Source: an uncultured bacterium (GTDB taxonomy: Bacteria > Acidobacteriota > HRBIN11 > JAKEFK01). Taken from it: a DNA stretch of 64,000 bases. Position 1 is the first letter of the stretch. Each line of letters opens with the position of its first letter. The notes under the pieces are model-generated. The model saw only the letters and a list, made by a program, of their open reading frames with translations, ran no database searches and was not told where the DNA came from. The translations under genes were made by a program, and so were the position numbers. This document shows, in pieces, positions 49,548 through 61,408 of this stretch. The stretch is taken from contig CAVZQN010000004.1 in the NCBI GenBank assembly GCA_963777505.1, positions 480,001 to 544,000 of the forward strand, read 5' to 3'.

Positions 49548-50347
49548 CCCGCATCATTACTGCCCTGATCGGCATTCCTATCCTTCTTTATCTAATCCTC
49601 TATGCTCCTGTAATTGCCTTCATAATCGTTGCATTTCTTGCAATGCTCCTGTGTTTGTACGAATTTTTCACGTTGAGTTCAGTGCAGAAAGTTCCGCTTC
49701 TTGCAGCAACCGGTTACATTTTTGGATCGCTCATTTTCCTGTCTTTTTATTTTCGTACAGTTAATATCCCTTTGATTTTTCCGGTTGGAGCATTGCTTTG
49801 TTTGGTCGCAGCGCTCCTTTCACGAATTAATTTTGATCGAGCACTTCCGGCAACTGCTTCAGCTCTTTTTGGCGCATGGTATGTTGGCGGACTTTTGGGT
49901 TATGTCATTGCAATCCGTTTAATCGAGCCTTCCGGGAAAGTTGGTGCAAGTCTTTTGATCATGCTTTTCGTAATCATTTGGGCAGGCGACTCCTTTGCGT
50001 ATTTCATTGGGAAAAAATTTGGACGTCATTCGCTAAGCGTTGTCAGTCCGAATAAAACAATCGAAGGCTCAATCGGCGGTTTAATCTTTAGTATGGTCTC
50101 CGCAGTCCTCGTAAAGTTTCTCTTATTGCCCGAGCTTTCGGTGATACATGCTATTGTGCTTGGAGGGATTGTAGGCGTTATGGGACAAATTGGAGATTTG
50201 GCGGAATCACTTTTGAAGCGGTCCGCGAATGTGAAGGATTCTGGGTCAATTTTGCCTGGACATGGCGGAATGCTCGACCGTCTGGACAGTTTGTTATTTG
50301 GCGCACCGGCAATGTATTATTACGTGTACCTCGTGCTTTATCGATGA
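49544..50347 (+). CDS. cdsA: Phosphatidate cytidylyltransferase
   Basis: SPNKTIEG, GDLAESLLKR, KDSG.ILPGHGGMLDRLDS. Confidence 0.95.
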   Translation: MTRIITALIGIPILLYLILYAPVIAFIIVAFLAMLLCLYEFFTLSSVQKVPLLAATGYIFGSLIFLSFYFRTVNIPLIFPVGALLCLVAALLSRINFDRALPATASALFGAWYVGGLLGYVIAIRLIEPSGKVGASLLIMLFVIIWAGDSFAYFIGKKFGRHSLSVVSPNKTIEGSIGGLIFSMVSAVLVKFLLLPELSVIHAIVLGGIVGVMGQIGDLAESLLKRSANVKDSGSILPGHGGMLDRLDSLLFGAPAMYYYVYLVLYR

Positions 50348-51511
50348 AAAGAGTCGCTATCCTCGGTTCGACTGGATCTGTCGGCGTTAATACTCTCGAA
50401 GTAATGCGCCACTTTCCTGGCCGTTTTCAGGTAACAGGTCTAGGCGCCGGCCGCAATATTGATCTCCTTCGTGAACAGGCTCTCGAATTCCGCCCGAAAA
50501 AAGTATCTGTTGCAGAACCTTCTTTGGCAGAGCAACTGCAGCGTGACTTGAAATCCGAAGGGATCGAAGTTGGTTGTGGAGAAGCAGGCCTGAACGAAAT
50601 CAGCTCGGATTCAGAAACGGATCTCGTTGTTTCTGCAATGGTAGGAGCTGCTGGATTCATTCCAACTTTGCGCGCGATTTCTTGCGGCAAAGATGTTGCA
50701 CTTGCCAACAAAGAAACTCTTGTCGTTGCAGGTCCAATCATTGCGGGGGAAGCTGCTAAAAAGAATGCGCGGCTTCTGCCAATTGACAGTGAACATTCTG
50801 CCATATGGCAGTGCCTCGAAGGCCAGCGAAAAGAAGCTGTTCGTAAGCTAATCTTAACTGCTTCCGGCGGACCCTTCTTGCGTCGAGATATTTCCAGCTT
50901 TGAATCGATTACGATCGATGAAGCTCTCGATCATCCAAACTGGCGGATGGGGAAAGAAAATTACGATTGACTCCGCAACATTAATGAACAAAGGACTGGA
51001 AATGATCGAAGCACACTATTTGTTTGATGAACCAGCATCAAAATTGGACGTCATTATTCATCCGCAAAGTGTCGTACATTCTATGGTCGAATTTGTGGAT
51101 GGTTCTGTTATTGCTCAAATGGGTACGGCCGATATGAGGATTCCGATTCAACTTGCTTTGACATATCCGGAACGGTGGGAAAATAGTTGGCCTTCCATTA
51201 ACCTCCGGCAAATTGGATCTCTTGAGTTTTATGAACCCGATCTGCAGAAATTTCCATGCTTGAAACTCGCTAAGGATGCCCTCGATCTGGGCGGAAGTAT
51301 GACGGCTGTATTGAATGCTGCCAATGAAGTTGCAGTAGAAAGCTTTCTTGCTGGTAAAATTCCTTTTTCTTTAATACCTCACGTCGTTCAATCTACGATG
51401 GAAAAGCATGAAACACGAGCGAATCCGGGAATGGAAGATGTTTTGGAAGCAGATCGCTGGGCCCGCGAAAGAGCAAATCGATCCGTTGCACAGATGGTGC
51501 ATTCTCGTTAA
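50344..51511 (+). CDS. dxr: 1-deoxy-D-xylulose-5-phosphate reductoisomerase, frameshifted near 50955
   Basis: GSTGSVG, ANKE, DSEHSA, HPNWRMG | KITIDSATLMNKGLE, NAANE. Confidence 0.95.
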
Positions 51512-51573
51512 CTTTATTGAAAAGTGGGAGATCTGAAGCGCAGAAATATTCGTTATATAGAGAGTAATTAAAT

Positions 51574-52908
51574 ATGGGACAACTTTTTTCCTTTTTACTG
51601 GTTATTGGCGTAATCATCTTTATTCATGAGTCCGGTCATTTTTCAATGGCGAAGCTGTTCAAAATACCGGTCGCCGTTTTTTCACTGGGATTTGGTCCGA
51701 GATTATTTGGATTTCGGTACAAAGAAACTGAATACAAAGTTTCCGCAATTCCACTCGGTGGATATGTAAAGATCCATGGCATGGAGGATCAAGAAGCGGC
51801 ACCTGAAGATCCAAACTCTTTTTACAACAGGCCGCGATGGCAGAGATTTCTCGTACTTTTCATGGGTGTTGGTTTCAATTTCATTCTCAGCATCGTTTTA
51901 ATAACGATCGCATTACATCGCGGACTTGAAGTTCCACAGACCACTGTTGTTGATGGAACAATTGGAGCCGTAGCGCCTGAGTCGCCTGCATCAGCAGCAG
52001 GATTGAAACCAGGAGATGTCATTCTTGAAATTAATGACCGTAAAATTTCCACATGGAAAGATGTCAACTATGCGGTCCTGTTAAACCCTGGTGAAACAGT
52101 TACGGTTCGATTCAAACGCGACAAAGAACTTTTAGAAAAGAAAGTACGGCTGGGACAGGATAAAGAACGCAGTCTTGGACAGTTGGGAATTGCTCCGGCT
52201 ACAGATGTCGTTGTTGGCGAAGTATCGAAAGGAATGCCTGCAGAAAAAGCAGGTCTTAAGAAGGGCGATCAAATCCTGAGCATTAATGGTGTATCGGTCA
52301 AAGGTACAGAGGTCGTTCCGGCGCTGGTGCAGGGTAGTCAGGGAAAAACATTAACCCTTGAAATAGCGCGGATGGAGGGGAATCAGAAGGTTCATAAGGC
52401 CCTCACGATTACGCCGACCCGCAAAGAGAATCGCTGGTTAATAGGGTTTGGTCCCGTAGAACGCACTGTACTTGTGAAGCTTCCATTACGCGCGGCAATT
52501 CGTGAAAGTTTTTCCAAATGTAAGGAACATGTTGAAATGACCGGTAAATTTCTGTCGAAATTATTTACTGGCAAGCTTTCATTGCGTGCGGCATCAGGCC
52601 CGTTTGAAATTGCAAGATTTAGTAATGTGGCAAGAAATCAAAGTCTTTCTACATTTTTGCTGTTTATCGGTACGATCAGTTTTGATATTGGCTTAATTAA
52701 CTTATTGCCTATTCCTGCATTGGACGGTGGTCACATCTTCTTTTTGCTTTTGGAAGGGATTACAAGACGCGAATTCAGTATTAAGTTGAAAGAACGTTTA
52801 ACGATGATCGGGTTTGTGTTCTTGATCGGTGTTATGTGTGTAGTACTCTTTTATGACATCTCCCGTACAGGTCCAATTCAACAGTTGATTGAGTCTTTTG
52901 GAAAATGA
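51574..52908 (+). CDS. rseP: RIP metalloprotease RseP with two PDZ domains
   Basis: HESGH, NLLPIPALDGG; synteny after dxr. Confidence 0.95.
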   Translation: MGQLFSFLLVIGVIIFIHESGHFSMAKLFKIPVAVFSLGFGPRLFGFRYKETEYKVSAIPLGGYVKIHGMEDQEAAPEDPNSFYNRPRWQRFLVLFMGVGFNFILSIVLITIALHRGLEVPQTTVVDGTIGAVAPESPASAAGLKPGDVILEINDRKISTWKDVNYAVLLNPGETVTVRFKRDKELLEKKVRLGQDKERSLGQLGIAPATDVVVGEVSKGMPAEKAGLKKGDQILSINGVSVKGTEVVPALVQGSQGKTLTLEIARMEGNQKVHKALTITPTRKENRWLIGFGPVERTVLVKLPLRAAIRESFSKCKEHVEMTGKFLSKLFTGKLSLRAASGPFEIARFSNVARNQSLSTFLLFIGTISFDIGLINLLPIPALDGGHIFFLLLEGITRREFSIKLKERLTMIGFVFLIGVMCVVLFYDISRTGPIQQLIESFGK

Positions 52909-52953
52909 TCGTTTCTTAAGTTCGTGAAGAGGGGAGAATAGGGGATCCTGGTT

Positions 52954-53424
52954 ATGAAAATATTGTTTGTTTGTACAGGGAACGTTTGTCGTTCTCCGCT
53001 TGCCGAAGGATATTTCAAAAGTCTGCTGAATGAACAGAATATATCCGGAATTCATGCCGGATCAGCTGGAATTGCTGCCCTCGTTGGGGCACAGCCTTTT
53101 GAGTGTGCGCAGGAAGTTGCCGAAGTGAACTCTTTTGATATTTCTGGGAAACGGAGCGAGCAACTGACTCCAGAATTAATCCGCGAATACGATCATGTCA
53201 TCTGTATGGAATCCTGGCAGGCATCGATTGCAATGCAAATGGAACCTGAACATTCTGGGAAAATAGCTTTGCTGGGATCCTATCATCCTGATGGGAAATC
53301 GCTAGTTCAGATACCAGATCCTCGTGATTTTACGTTCCCGGAAACCTTGCGGACGTTTGAAGCCATTAAGGAATCTGTGGAGTATCTTTTCAAGCGCGTT
53401 TCCACCAAATCATTGACGAAGTAG
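52954..53424 (+). CDS. Low-molecular-weight protein tyrosine/arginine phosphatase
   Basis: VCTGNVCRSP P-loop, IPDP. Confidence 0.9.
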   Translation: MKILFVCTGNVCRSPLAEGYFKSLLNEQNISGIHAGSAGIAALVGAQPFECAQEVAEVNSFDISGKRSEQLTPELIREYDHVICMESWQASIAMQMEPEHSGKIALLGSYHPDGKSLVQIPDPRDFTFPETLRTFEAIKESVEYLFKRVSTKSLTK

Positions 53425-53470
53425 TCTCAATCTCTTTTACCGCAGAGTCGCAGAGTACTACAATATCAGT

Positions 53471-55564
53471 ATGTTCATGGAACTTGTGCCGGTTGTTGGT
53501 TATTTAATCGGAACGGCAATCCACACACTCATTGCAGCACTTGTGATGTTTCGTAAGCAGAAACGTCCGAGTGAACGAATCTTTTTGTTTCTGGTTATTT
53601 CTGTAGGGATTTGGCACGGCGGTAATTTGCTTGCCCTGATTCTGGGACGGATATCGGGAGGCGGATGGCAATTTGCCATTCAATTCTTCCGCTCTGTAGC
53701 CTTTTTGGGATTGGCTACCTTACCTGCGCTGCTCGTTCATACTCATGTTGCGTTTTTGCGTGAAAGCCAGGGAGCAATTCAAACTCGTCATCAAAATCCT
53801 CTTCTGGTTGTTATTTATGCACCGTTGTTATGGTGTCTGATCCCCTTAAGTAAGCTGTTTGCAAATCCTCCAATTTCACCTTCAGAAGTACTCAGTCAAT
53901 ACATGCTTCCATATGTCTGCTGGTTTGTTACCGCTGTCATCATTTCCGCCTTAATTGACATGCGCCTTGCCCGTGTTCAGGAAGACGAACCATTTCGTCA
54001 TTTCTATCGTGTCATAGGAACGATTTTCTTTTTCATCGCTCTGCTGACGACCTTCACTTATATTTTTGGCGGACGCGAATTTCCATGGTTGCGAAAATAC
54101 CTGGAAGTCATCAGCATCATTTCCTCGATTCTTCCCAGTACGATCCTTGCTTACTTTATCTATCGTTACAATTTTCTTGAACTTGTAATTCGCCGCTCCT
54201 TTTTTGTAATTACACTTTCATTTGTCATTTTTGGCGCGTACTTTTTAGGAGTCCGGCAGATCACTTTGTACCTTGCAAGATATTTCGATGTAATTCCCGG
54301 CTTGTTTGAGGCTCTTTCGATTCTCGTTCTGGTTGTAACCTTTCCAATCTATAAGAAGTGGCTGCAGAAAAAGGTCAATCAAGTCTTCTTTAGAGAATTC
54401 GGGTATTACCATCAACTCTTCAACGAGTTGGAGCAGACGATTAATCGAATTTTTGGACTTCAGCCCCTGGTAGATTACATTCAGAAAACGACTTCCAAAG
54501 TTCTTTTTCTTGATTCCATTAATCTAACCATATTTGAAATGGTAGAAAGCCGTCTCAAGTTTCTAGCTACAACTCACGATTCATTGCCTGAAATAGAATT
54601 GATCGTCCAAAAAATTTTGAAAGAGAATGCTAGACTCCTGCGTGTGGAAGACGTGAAGGAGGATGAAGTTATTTCGGAGATGAAGGCTCTTGGCGCCACA
54701 TTAATTCTTCCGATCCGGCACAAGGAACGGCTCATTGGCATCTTTTCATTCAAAGCGAGACCACCGCGTAGACCGATCCTGACTCAAGAACTCGACATGT
54801 TACAGAGTTTGGTGGCGCAGACCGCAATGAGTGTCGCTTCTGCTTTGTTGATGGAAGATAAACTGAAGCTAGAACGAGAAGTTGCAAAAAAAGAACGGAT
54901 GGCATCCATCGGTCAGATGGCAGCTACGCTCGCACATGAAATCAAGAATCCACTCAGCTCAATCAAAAGCATTACACAATCGCTTCAAGAGCAAACACAC
55001 GATGAAGCATTGAAGCAAGATCTCGAAGTCATTGTGAATGAAGTAGACCGTTTGAATTACTCAGTAAATCAGCTGCTTCAATTTGCGCGTTCTTCTTCGC
55101 AGGATACGACAGAGATTTCGGTTGTGGAAATCATGGAGCGGGTAATAAAGGTTTTGCAAAATGAAACAAGAACACAAAATGTTGAGATCCATCACAATTA
55201 CAACGGCAATATTCCGTCTGTGTTTGCCAGTACGTTTGCACTTCAAGATGTTTTTTTGAATTTGCTTTTGAATGCACTTCAAGCCATGCCTTCAGGAGGA
55301 GATATTCAAATTGACTATCAAAAAAATGGAAAGCATCTTGAAGTCCATATTGCTGATAGCGGTCCGGGAATCCGTCCGGAAATGCTGACCCGTATTTTTG
55401 ATCCATTTTTTACAACGAAGCAAAAGGGAACGGGGCTTGGTCTGGCTGTTGTGAAGCAAAAACTCTCCGAATTCGGAGCTGATATCAATGTTAGTAATGT
55501 AAAGCCTACTGGTTCTCGATTTACAATTACCTTCCCTGTGGAAAATCAACAGGCTGTGCGATAA
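53471..55564 (+). CDS. Multi-TM + GAF sensor histidine kinase
   Basis: About 9 TM; AHEIKNPL, NLLLNA, DSGPG, FDPFFTTK, GTGLGL. Confidence 0.92.
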   Translation: MFMELVPVVGYLIGTAIHTLIAALVMFRKQKRPSERIFLFLVISVGIWHGGNLLALILGRISGGGWQFAIQFFRSVAFLGLATLPALLVHTHVAFLRESQGAIQTRHQNPLLVVIYAPLLWCLIPLSKLFANPPISPSEVLSQYMLPYVCWFVTAVIISALIDMRLARVQEDEPFRHFYRVIGTIFFFIALLTTFTYIFGGREFPWLRKYLEVISIISSILPSTILAYFIYRYNFLELVIRRSFFVITLSFVIFGAYFLGVRQITLYLARYFDVIPGLFEALSILVLVVTFPIYKKWLQKKVNQVFFREFGYYHQLFNELEQTINRIFGLQPLVDYIQKTTSKVLFLDSINLTIFEMVESRLKFLATTHDSLPEIELIVQKILKENARLLRVEDVKEDEVISEMKALGATLILPIRHKERLIGIFSFKARPPRRPILTQELDMLQSLVAQTAMSVASALLMEDKLKLEREVAKKERMASIGQMAATLAHEIKNPLSSIKSITQSLQEQTHDEALKQDLEVIVNEVDRLNYSVNQLLQFARSSSQDTTEISVVEIMERVIKVLQNETRTQNVEIHHNYNGNIPSVFASTFALQDVFLNLLLNALQAMPSGGDIQIDYQKNGKHLEVHIADSGPGIRPEMLTRIFDPFFTTKQKGTGLGLAVVKQKLSEFGADINVSNVKPTGSRFTITFPVENQQAVR

Positions 55565-55579
55565 TCCGCAGAGATGTTT

Positions 55580-55652
55580 GTAGGGGCGGGTCTCAGACCC
55601 GCCCGTACTTTTATACTGCCGTTTAGCCGGGCGGGCAAAGACCCGCCCCTAC
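55580..55652. repeat. REP family 1 inverted doublet
   Basis: gtaggggcgggtctcagacccgccc ... gggcgggcaaagacccgcccctac. Confidence 0.9.
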
Positions 55653-55667
55653 ATCTAGGAGAATCTA

Positions 55668-57048
55668 TTGGACCGTGCTCAATTGTTGGTAGTCGATGAT
55701 GAACCTGCATCACGCTACGGAATCAAAAAAGCATTAACTCCGTTCAAGCTTACAATTCAGGAAGCTTCTGATGGAAATCAGGCTCTTCAAATGATTTCAC
55801 AACTAAATCCTGACGTCGTAATTCTTGATATCAATCTTCCAGGAATTGATGGCTTAACCGTTCTTGACCGAAACATCCAGGCAGAATCATTCACCGTTGG
55901 TCATTGTTATCACTGCATATGGCTCTGAAAAAGTTGCCGTTGAAGCGATGAAACTTGGTGCTTACGACTACATTGCAAAGCCTTATGAAATTGAAGACTT
56001 GAGGCTTACAGTTGCTCGTGCTTTAGAAAAGCTTCAACTCAAAGAAGAGAATACGCAGCTTCGCACTGAACTTGAAAAACGTACGGGTGTAGGAAGAATT
56101 CTTGGGCAGTCTGCTGCAATGCGCAAGGTCTTTGATTTGATCGAAAAGGTTAGCCAGAGCGATATCACGGTTTTGATTCAAGGAGAAAGCGGAACAGGAA
56201 AAGAACTCGTCGCACGGGAAATCCATCATCGCAGTTCGCGTTTACGAAAACCGTTCATAACTATGAATTGCGCTGCACTCCCTGAAAATCTAATCGAAAG
56301 TGAACTATTCGGACATGAAAAAGGAGCATTTACCGGCGCAGTCAAACAAAGGAAAGGGAAATTTGAACTCGCTCATGAAGGCACAATTTTTCTCGATGAA
56401 ATCGGTGATATGAGCGTGAATACCCAGGCCAAAGTCTTGCGTGTACTGCAAGAAAAGAAATTTGAACGGCTTGGCGGAAGTGAAACTCTGGAAGTAGATG
56501 CCAGGATCATTTCAGCGACACATAAGGATCTGCTTGCCGAAATGGAACGTGCCAATTTCAGGCAAGACCTTTATTACAGATTGAAAGTTATCGACATCGT
56601 AATTCCTCCACTTCGTGAAAGACGCGAAGACATTCCGGTACTTGTAGACCACTACATTAGAGAATTTGCCGCTCGTCACAATAAAACCGTTGAAGGTTTC
56701 CAGCCTGATGCGATGAAACAAATCATGGAATTTCACTGGCCAGGAAATGTTCGGCAACTTGTAAATATGCTTGAACGGGCAGTTGTTCTCGCATCACGTC
56801 CTGTTTTAAAAATCGAAGATCTTCCTGAAGATTTGAATCTTCGTTCCAGTTTCAATGAAGGCTTTTTAGATGAGCTGATGCATCTTCCATTCAAGCAGGC
56901 CAAGGAACGGATCACTACGCATTTTATGAAGGAATACCTGACTCGAAAACTTCGAGACAATGGAGACAATATCAGCCACACAGCTGCAGAGCTTGGAATT
57001 CATAGACAAAGCCTGCAGATGATGCTTCGAAGACTCGGTATCAAATAA
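55668..57048 (+). CDS. Sigma54-dependent (NtrC-family) response regulator, frameshifted near 55870
   Basis: VVDDE, ILDINLP, GESGTGKE, GAFTGA, FLDEIG, WPGNVRQL, Fis HTH. Confidence 0.92.
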
Positions 57049-57050
57049 TT

Positions 57051-57613
57051 ATGAATTTCCCACTAACTGTCTCCGCTGCAATTGCGGATCCAATAAAATT
57101 CTGGGAACAAAACCTCAAGAATGAAGATTCATTTGAGGCATTGCGGTACGCATTTACGGTTTCGTTTTTTGTCTTCGCGGGATTTTTGTTTCATTACACA
57201 ATTACAGGCAAGATCTGGAATTACTATCCATTTGAACATACGACTCTCACAGTGGGACGATCCATTCCATTGGCAATTGTTCAATGGATGTTTTATGCGT
57301 CTTTTCGGCAGCCAGTACTTTCATCATGGACTGCACATTTTTCAGGAAATCATCTTCTGTCGAATCAAAGCAACGCATGATTGTTGCTGCATATGCTTTA
57401 ACACCTTTATGTGTCGCATGGCTGTTTGTTGGCGTCCCCTTTCTTCACAAACCTACAATCGTTTTGGGATTAGCAATTTTTGCTTACAGTTTGTTCTATG
57501 GATATCGAACGATTCTTGGTTACACGATCTCCGTTCGTTGGTCTTGTACCGGCGCTACTTATGTGCTTTATGAAGTCTTTCGAAGCGTAATTGTGTATGT
57601 CATAGGCTTTTAG
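57051..57613 (+). CDS. Yip1-like membrane protein, frameshifted near 57300
   Basis: IADPIKFW at N-terminus; VAAYALTP..SLFYG in second frame. Confidence 0.55.
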
Positions 57614-57644
57614 GGCTTGTGCGTTGCTCTGGCGAACAAATAAC

Positions 57645-59259
57645 ATGGATGCGGTCTGTTTACTGCTGATTCTGCTCTTACTCACACTTGGCTTTCGTAT
57701 TGTTCAATCTGACTGCAGATCCTCCGGCTGATTTCGATTGGAGCGGTGGATATTTTGCAGACGAAGGTTATTGGAGTCACAATGCGCGGAATGAGGCGTT
57801 GTTTACTTACCGTTGCAAGATGATTGGGATGTCGTGTCGTGTTACGCTTGTCTTTGCAGGCTTTCAAAATTTTGTCTTTCAGTAGGGGCTGGGGTTAGTT
57901 CAAGTAAGGATTGTTGGACTTTTATTGGCTCTTGCACTTGCGTTTACTACATCTTCATCGTGCAAAGACATTGGGATGCTGGTACAGCTTTCGGTATTTC
58001 TGCGGTTGTTTCTTTAAACTTTCCGATGCTGGTTTTATCGCGCTAGGGGATTCCTTATCCTTTTGCTGCTGCTCTTGCATGGGGCTGCCCTCGCATTATT
58101 GTTCGTCAATTCTCTTCCTGCTGCATTCGCTGCAGGAGTCCTTTTGATTGCAGCACTCATCACAAAGTACTTCATGATTTATACATTCGTTCCGATTGCT
58201 GCAGTCATTCTGATTTGGAATCGAATTCCAGGACCACGGGTTCTTGCATTTGGTTCGGGCGTTTTGCTCGCATTAGGGCTCTGGTATTTTTGGAACGTCA
58301 TTCCAAATGGTGAACTCATTTCTGGTTTCAACAAGTTTTACTCTTCTCAACAAAGTCAGCAGACCTGGGGTTTGATCCCTGTAATGAAAAACATGGTGTT
58401 GCAGCCATTTTATTTATATGCGGTGAAGACTCCAGCCATTCTGTTTTTTGGCAACATCATGTTGTGGTACATAGCGATCCGTTTTCGCGAGATCAAGCCG
58501 GCAGAACGGGCAGTGTGGCTCTGGGTTGTCGCAGGGATTCTATTTTTTGCACTCTGGCGTTACAGGCCTTTGCGGTATTACACGTCTCTGTTTCCACCAC
58601 TTGCAGTGCTCGCTTGTATGGCTGTGATTTATCGTGAATCGCTCGCACAAACATTTCGTGAAGCGAAATATCGATCTTTGTTGTGGCTTGGCGCCGCAAT
58701 TCCAGTGATTCAAATTTGTTTTGTGCTTGCGGATCGTTTCTTCGCATGGAATCAAATACCAGCACAACTTGGAATCCGCACGTTTGATGCAATTCTTTTC
58801 GTTCTCCTATCAATTGCGGGGCTGGTCTGCCTGATGCAGCAAAGAACGAAATGGGTCCCTCTGTTATTATTTTCAGGCATGTTGTTATCCGACGGCCGGA
58901 ACTACGTTCAATGGATGATAAAACCAGAATACAACGCCTTGAATATTTCAAATGATCTTCAAAATCGCATCCCCAACGCAGTCATAGCCGGACAGTGGGC
59001 TCCAGAGCTGGTGCTTGAGAATGAGCTACGTGCGGTGCCTGTTTGGAAAGATTTTGTCAATTCGGATAACCCATTTGAAGAGTTTGGAATCACACATCTT
59101 TTGATGTGGCGTTATGGACTTGGAGATGAGCTGACAAAATTTACAGAATGGTATCCTGACGAAATGAAAAACTTTCGTCCGTTGCGAAGTTATAGAATTA
59201 AAGATTCCGATTTGCTTCTGCTTGAAAAAAAAGGGAGCGCAGCCTCTGGTCCGCAATAG
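57645..59259 (+). CDS. GT-C (ArnT/PMT-like) membrane glycosyltransferase, several frameshifts in the 5' part
   Basis: NLTADPP..FADEGYWSHNARN acidic motif; many TM; ITKY, PLRYYTSLFPPLA. Confidence 0.7.
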
Positions 59260-59269
59260 TGAGGATTGA

Positions 59270-60903
59270 ATGAAAAAATGGTTTGTACTTTTGCTTTTGG
59301 TATTTTCTTTTAATGCCTCAGCTGAGGAAGCAGATCTTCTGTTGAGAATGGCACCGTTATAACAATGGACGCTTCAATTCCGGAAGCTTCTGCGGTTGCC
59401 GTCAAAGGTGAAAAGATTATTTGGGTAGGAAACACATCTGATGCTTCAAAATGGGCAGGCAAGAACACAAAAGTGTTGGATCTTGCCGGAGCGTTTGTTT
59501 ATCCCGGATTGATTGAAGGTCATGCGCACATTGTTGGGTTGGGCCAGTCCCGTTCGACCCTCGATCTGGTAGGAACGGCGGATAAAGATTCGATCTTGAA
59601 AAAGGTTGGTGATCGCGCGAAAACAACTTCAAAAGCTGGCTGGATTTTGGGGCGTGGCTGGGATCAAAATGATTGGCCTACAAAAGAATTTCCCACTGCC
59701 GCCGATCTTGATTCTGTTTCAGCGGGACATCCAGTCGTTCTAGAACGCATTGATGGACATGCCATTTGGGTGAGTAGCGAAGTTTTAAAACTTGCGAAGA
59801 TTTCAGCAGCAACCAAAGATCCTGATGGCGGAAAAATTGTTCGCGATGATAAGGGAAATCCGACTGGCGTTTTGGTTGATCTTGCTGCAGGGCTCGTTGA
59901 GCGTGTCGTACCACCGCCAACAAAACAAGATTTGCTGAACTTCACAAAAGTTGCATTGCAAGAAGCCGCATCCAAAGGCATTACGATGATTCAAGATGCA
60001 GGCACAAGTGGTCAAGTTTTGGAGGCGTTTAAAGAGCTTGCTTCTTCAAACGAATTGCCGGTCCGGATTTATTCAATGGTCAGCCATGGTTCGCCTTTCG
60101 CAGATGCATTTTTAAATCAAGGCCCATCAAATTACGGTCCTTATTTAGATGTGCGTAGCATGAAGATGTATATGGATGGCGCGCTCGGTTCACGCGGTGC
60201 CGCCTTATTGGAACCTTATTCAGATGATCCGAAGAATTCCGGACTCATCCTGGCACAAGATGCAGTGCTGATGGATGCATTGCAGCGTGCAAAGAAAGCT
60301 GGCATTCAAGTTGGAATTCACGCAATCGGCGATCGCGCAAATAGAAAAGTCCTTGATGCGTACGAAAAAGTTGGCGTTAAAGGGATGCGTTGGCGCATTG
60401 AACATGTTCAAGTTCTCGCTCCTTCAGATATTCCGCGTCTTAGTCAGCTCGATGTGATTGCATCCATGCAGCCAATTCACGCAACATCGGATGGACCCTG
60501 GGCTACCGATCGATTAGGTCCTGAACGCGTAAAAGGCGCATATGCATGGCGTTCTTTGCTGGATCAAAAAACAATCATTGCGGGTGGTTCTGATGCACCG
60601 GTGGAAGAGATCAATCCATTGTGGGGAATTTATGCCGCGATTACGCGTCAGGATCATCAAGGAAAACCGGAAGGAGGATGGCATCCAGAACAGCTTGTTA
60701 CTCCAACAGAAGCACTTCGAATGTTCACAATGGATGCTGCTTATGCCGCATTCAGGGAAAAGGAGCTAGGTTCAATCAGCATAGGTAAATTTGCCGATAT
60801 GGTTGTGTTGCCGGAAAACATTTTGACTGGCAAGCCGTCCAAGCTGATTGATATGAAAGTGCGGTACACAATTACCGGCGGCAAAATCCGGTATCCTTTT
60901 TAG
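59270..60903 (+). CDS. Amidohydrolase_3 (YtcJ-like) exported amidohydrolase, frameshifted near 59340
   Basis: Signal peptide from ATG 59270; PGLIEGHAH, DGALGSRGA, HAIGD, RIEH, GSDAP. Confidence 0.9.
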
Positions 60904-60934
60904 CTCTGTGTCTCTGCGGTAAAAAGAGCCTGGG

Positions 60935-60963
60935 TTGACAGGTGGGATAGCCAAAACGATAAT
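60935..60963 (+). promoter_or_regulatory. Putative sigma70 promoter
   Basis: TTGACA-17 bp-GATAAT upstream of the DUF59 gene. Confidence 0.6.
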
Positions 60964-60984
60964 CATGAGGTCTTAGGAGAAATT

Positions 60985-61284
60985 ATGTTGACACGTGAAC
61001 AAATTGATGAGGTCCTTAGGAAATGTTATGACCCCGAAATCCCAGTCAATGTTTTGGATTTAGGGCTCATTTATGACGTAGATTGGGCAGACGACAAAGT
61101 GAACGTTAAGATGACTTTAACGGCTCCTGGTTGCGGCATGGGACCGATGATTGCAGAAGATGTAAAGACAAAGCTGATGGGGCTTCCCGGCGTAAAGGAA
61201 GCTAAAGTGGAAATGGTCTTCGACCCACCCTGGACTCCCGAAAAAATGAGCGAAGACGCTAGAAAATCCCTCGGTTGGGAATAA
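60985..61284 (+). CDS. DUF59/SufT-like metal-sulfur cluster assembly factor
   Basis: DPEIPVNVLDLGLIY, MTLTAPGC, FDPPW. Confidence 0.92.
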   Translation: MLTREQIDEVLRKCYDPEIPVNVLDLGLIYDVDWADDKVNVKMTLTAPGCGMGPMIAEDVKTKLMGLPGVKEAKVEMVFDPPWTPEKMSEDARKSLGWE

Positions 61285-61408
61285 TCCAATAATTCATTAC
61301 TCCAACAATCCAGACCCAAATACCTGATTTTGGTTCAATATTCTTTGGTATTGATAAAACCCCACGTGTGTGGTTTAACTTTAATGCAAAAGAAAATCAG
61401 GAGGGCAA

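Noticed and set aside
53612-53630. TGGCACG as a sigma54 promoter
   Set aside because: Inside a CDS, and the -12 TTGC spacing is wrong
2353-59365. Many split genes as programmed frameshifts or pseudogenes
   Set aside because: Single-base shifts hit unrelated genes, including the normally essential dxr, with no shared slippery motif and no accumulation of stops; most likely sequencing indels
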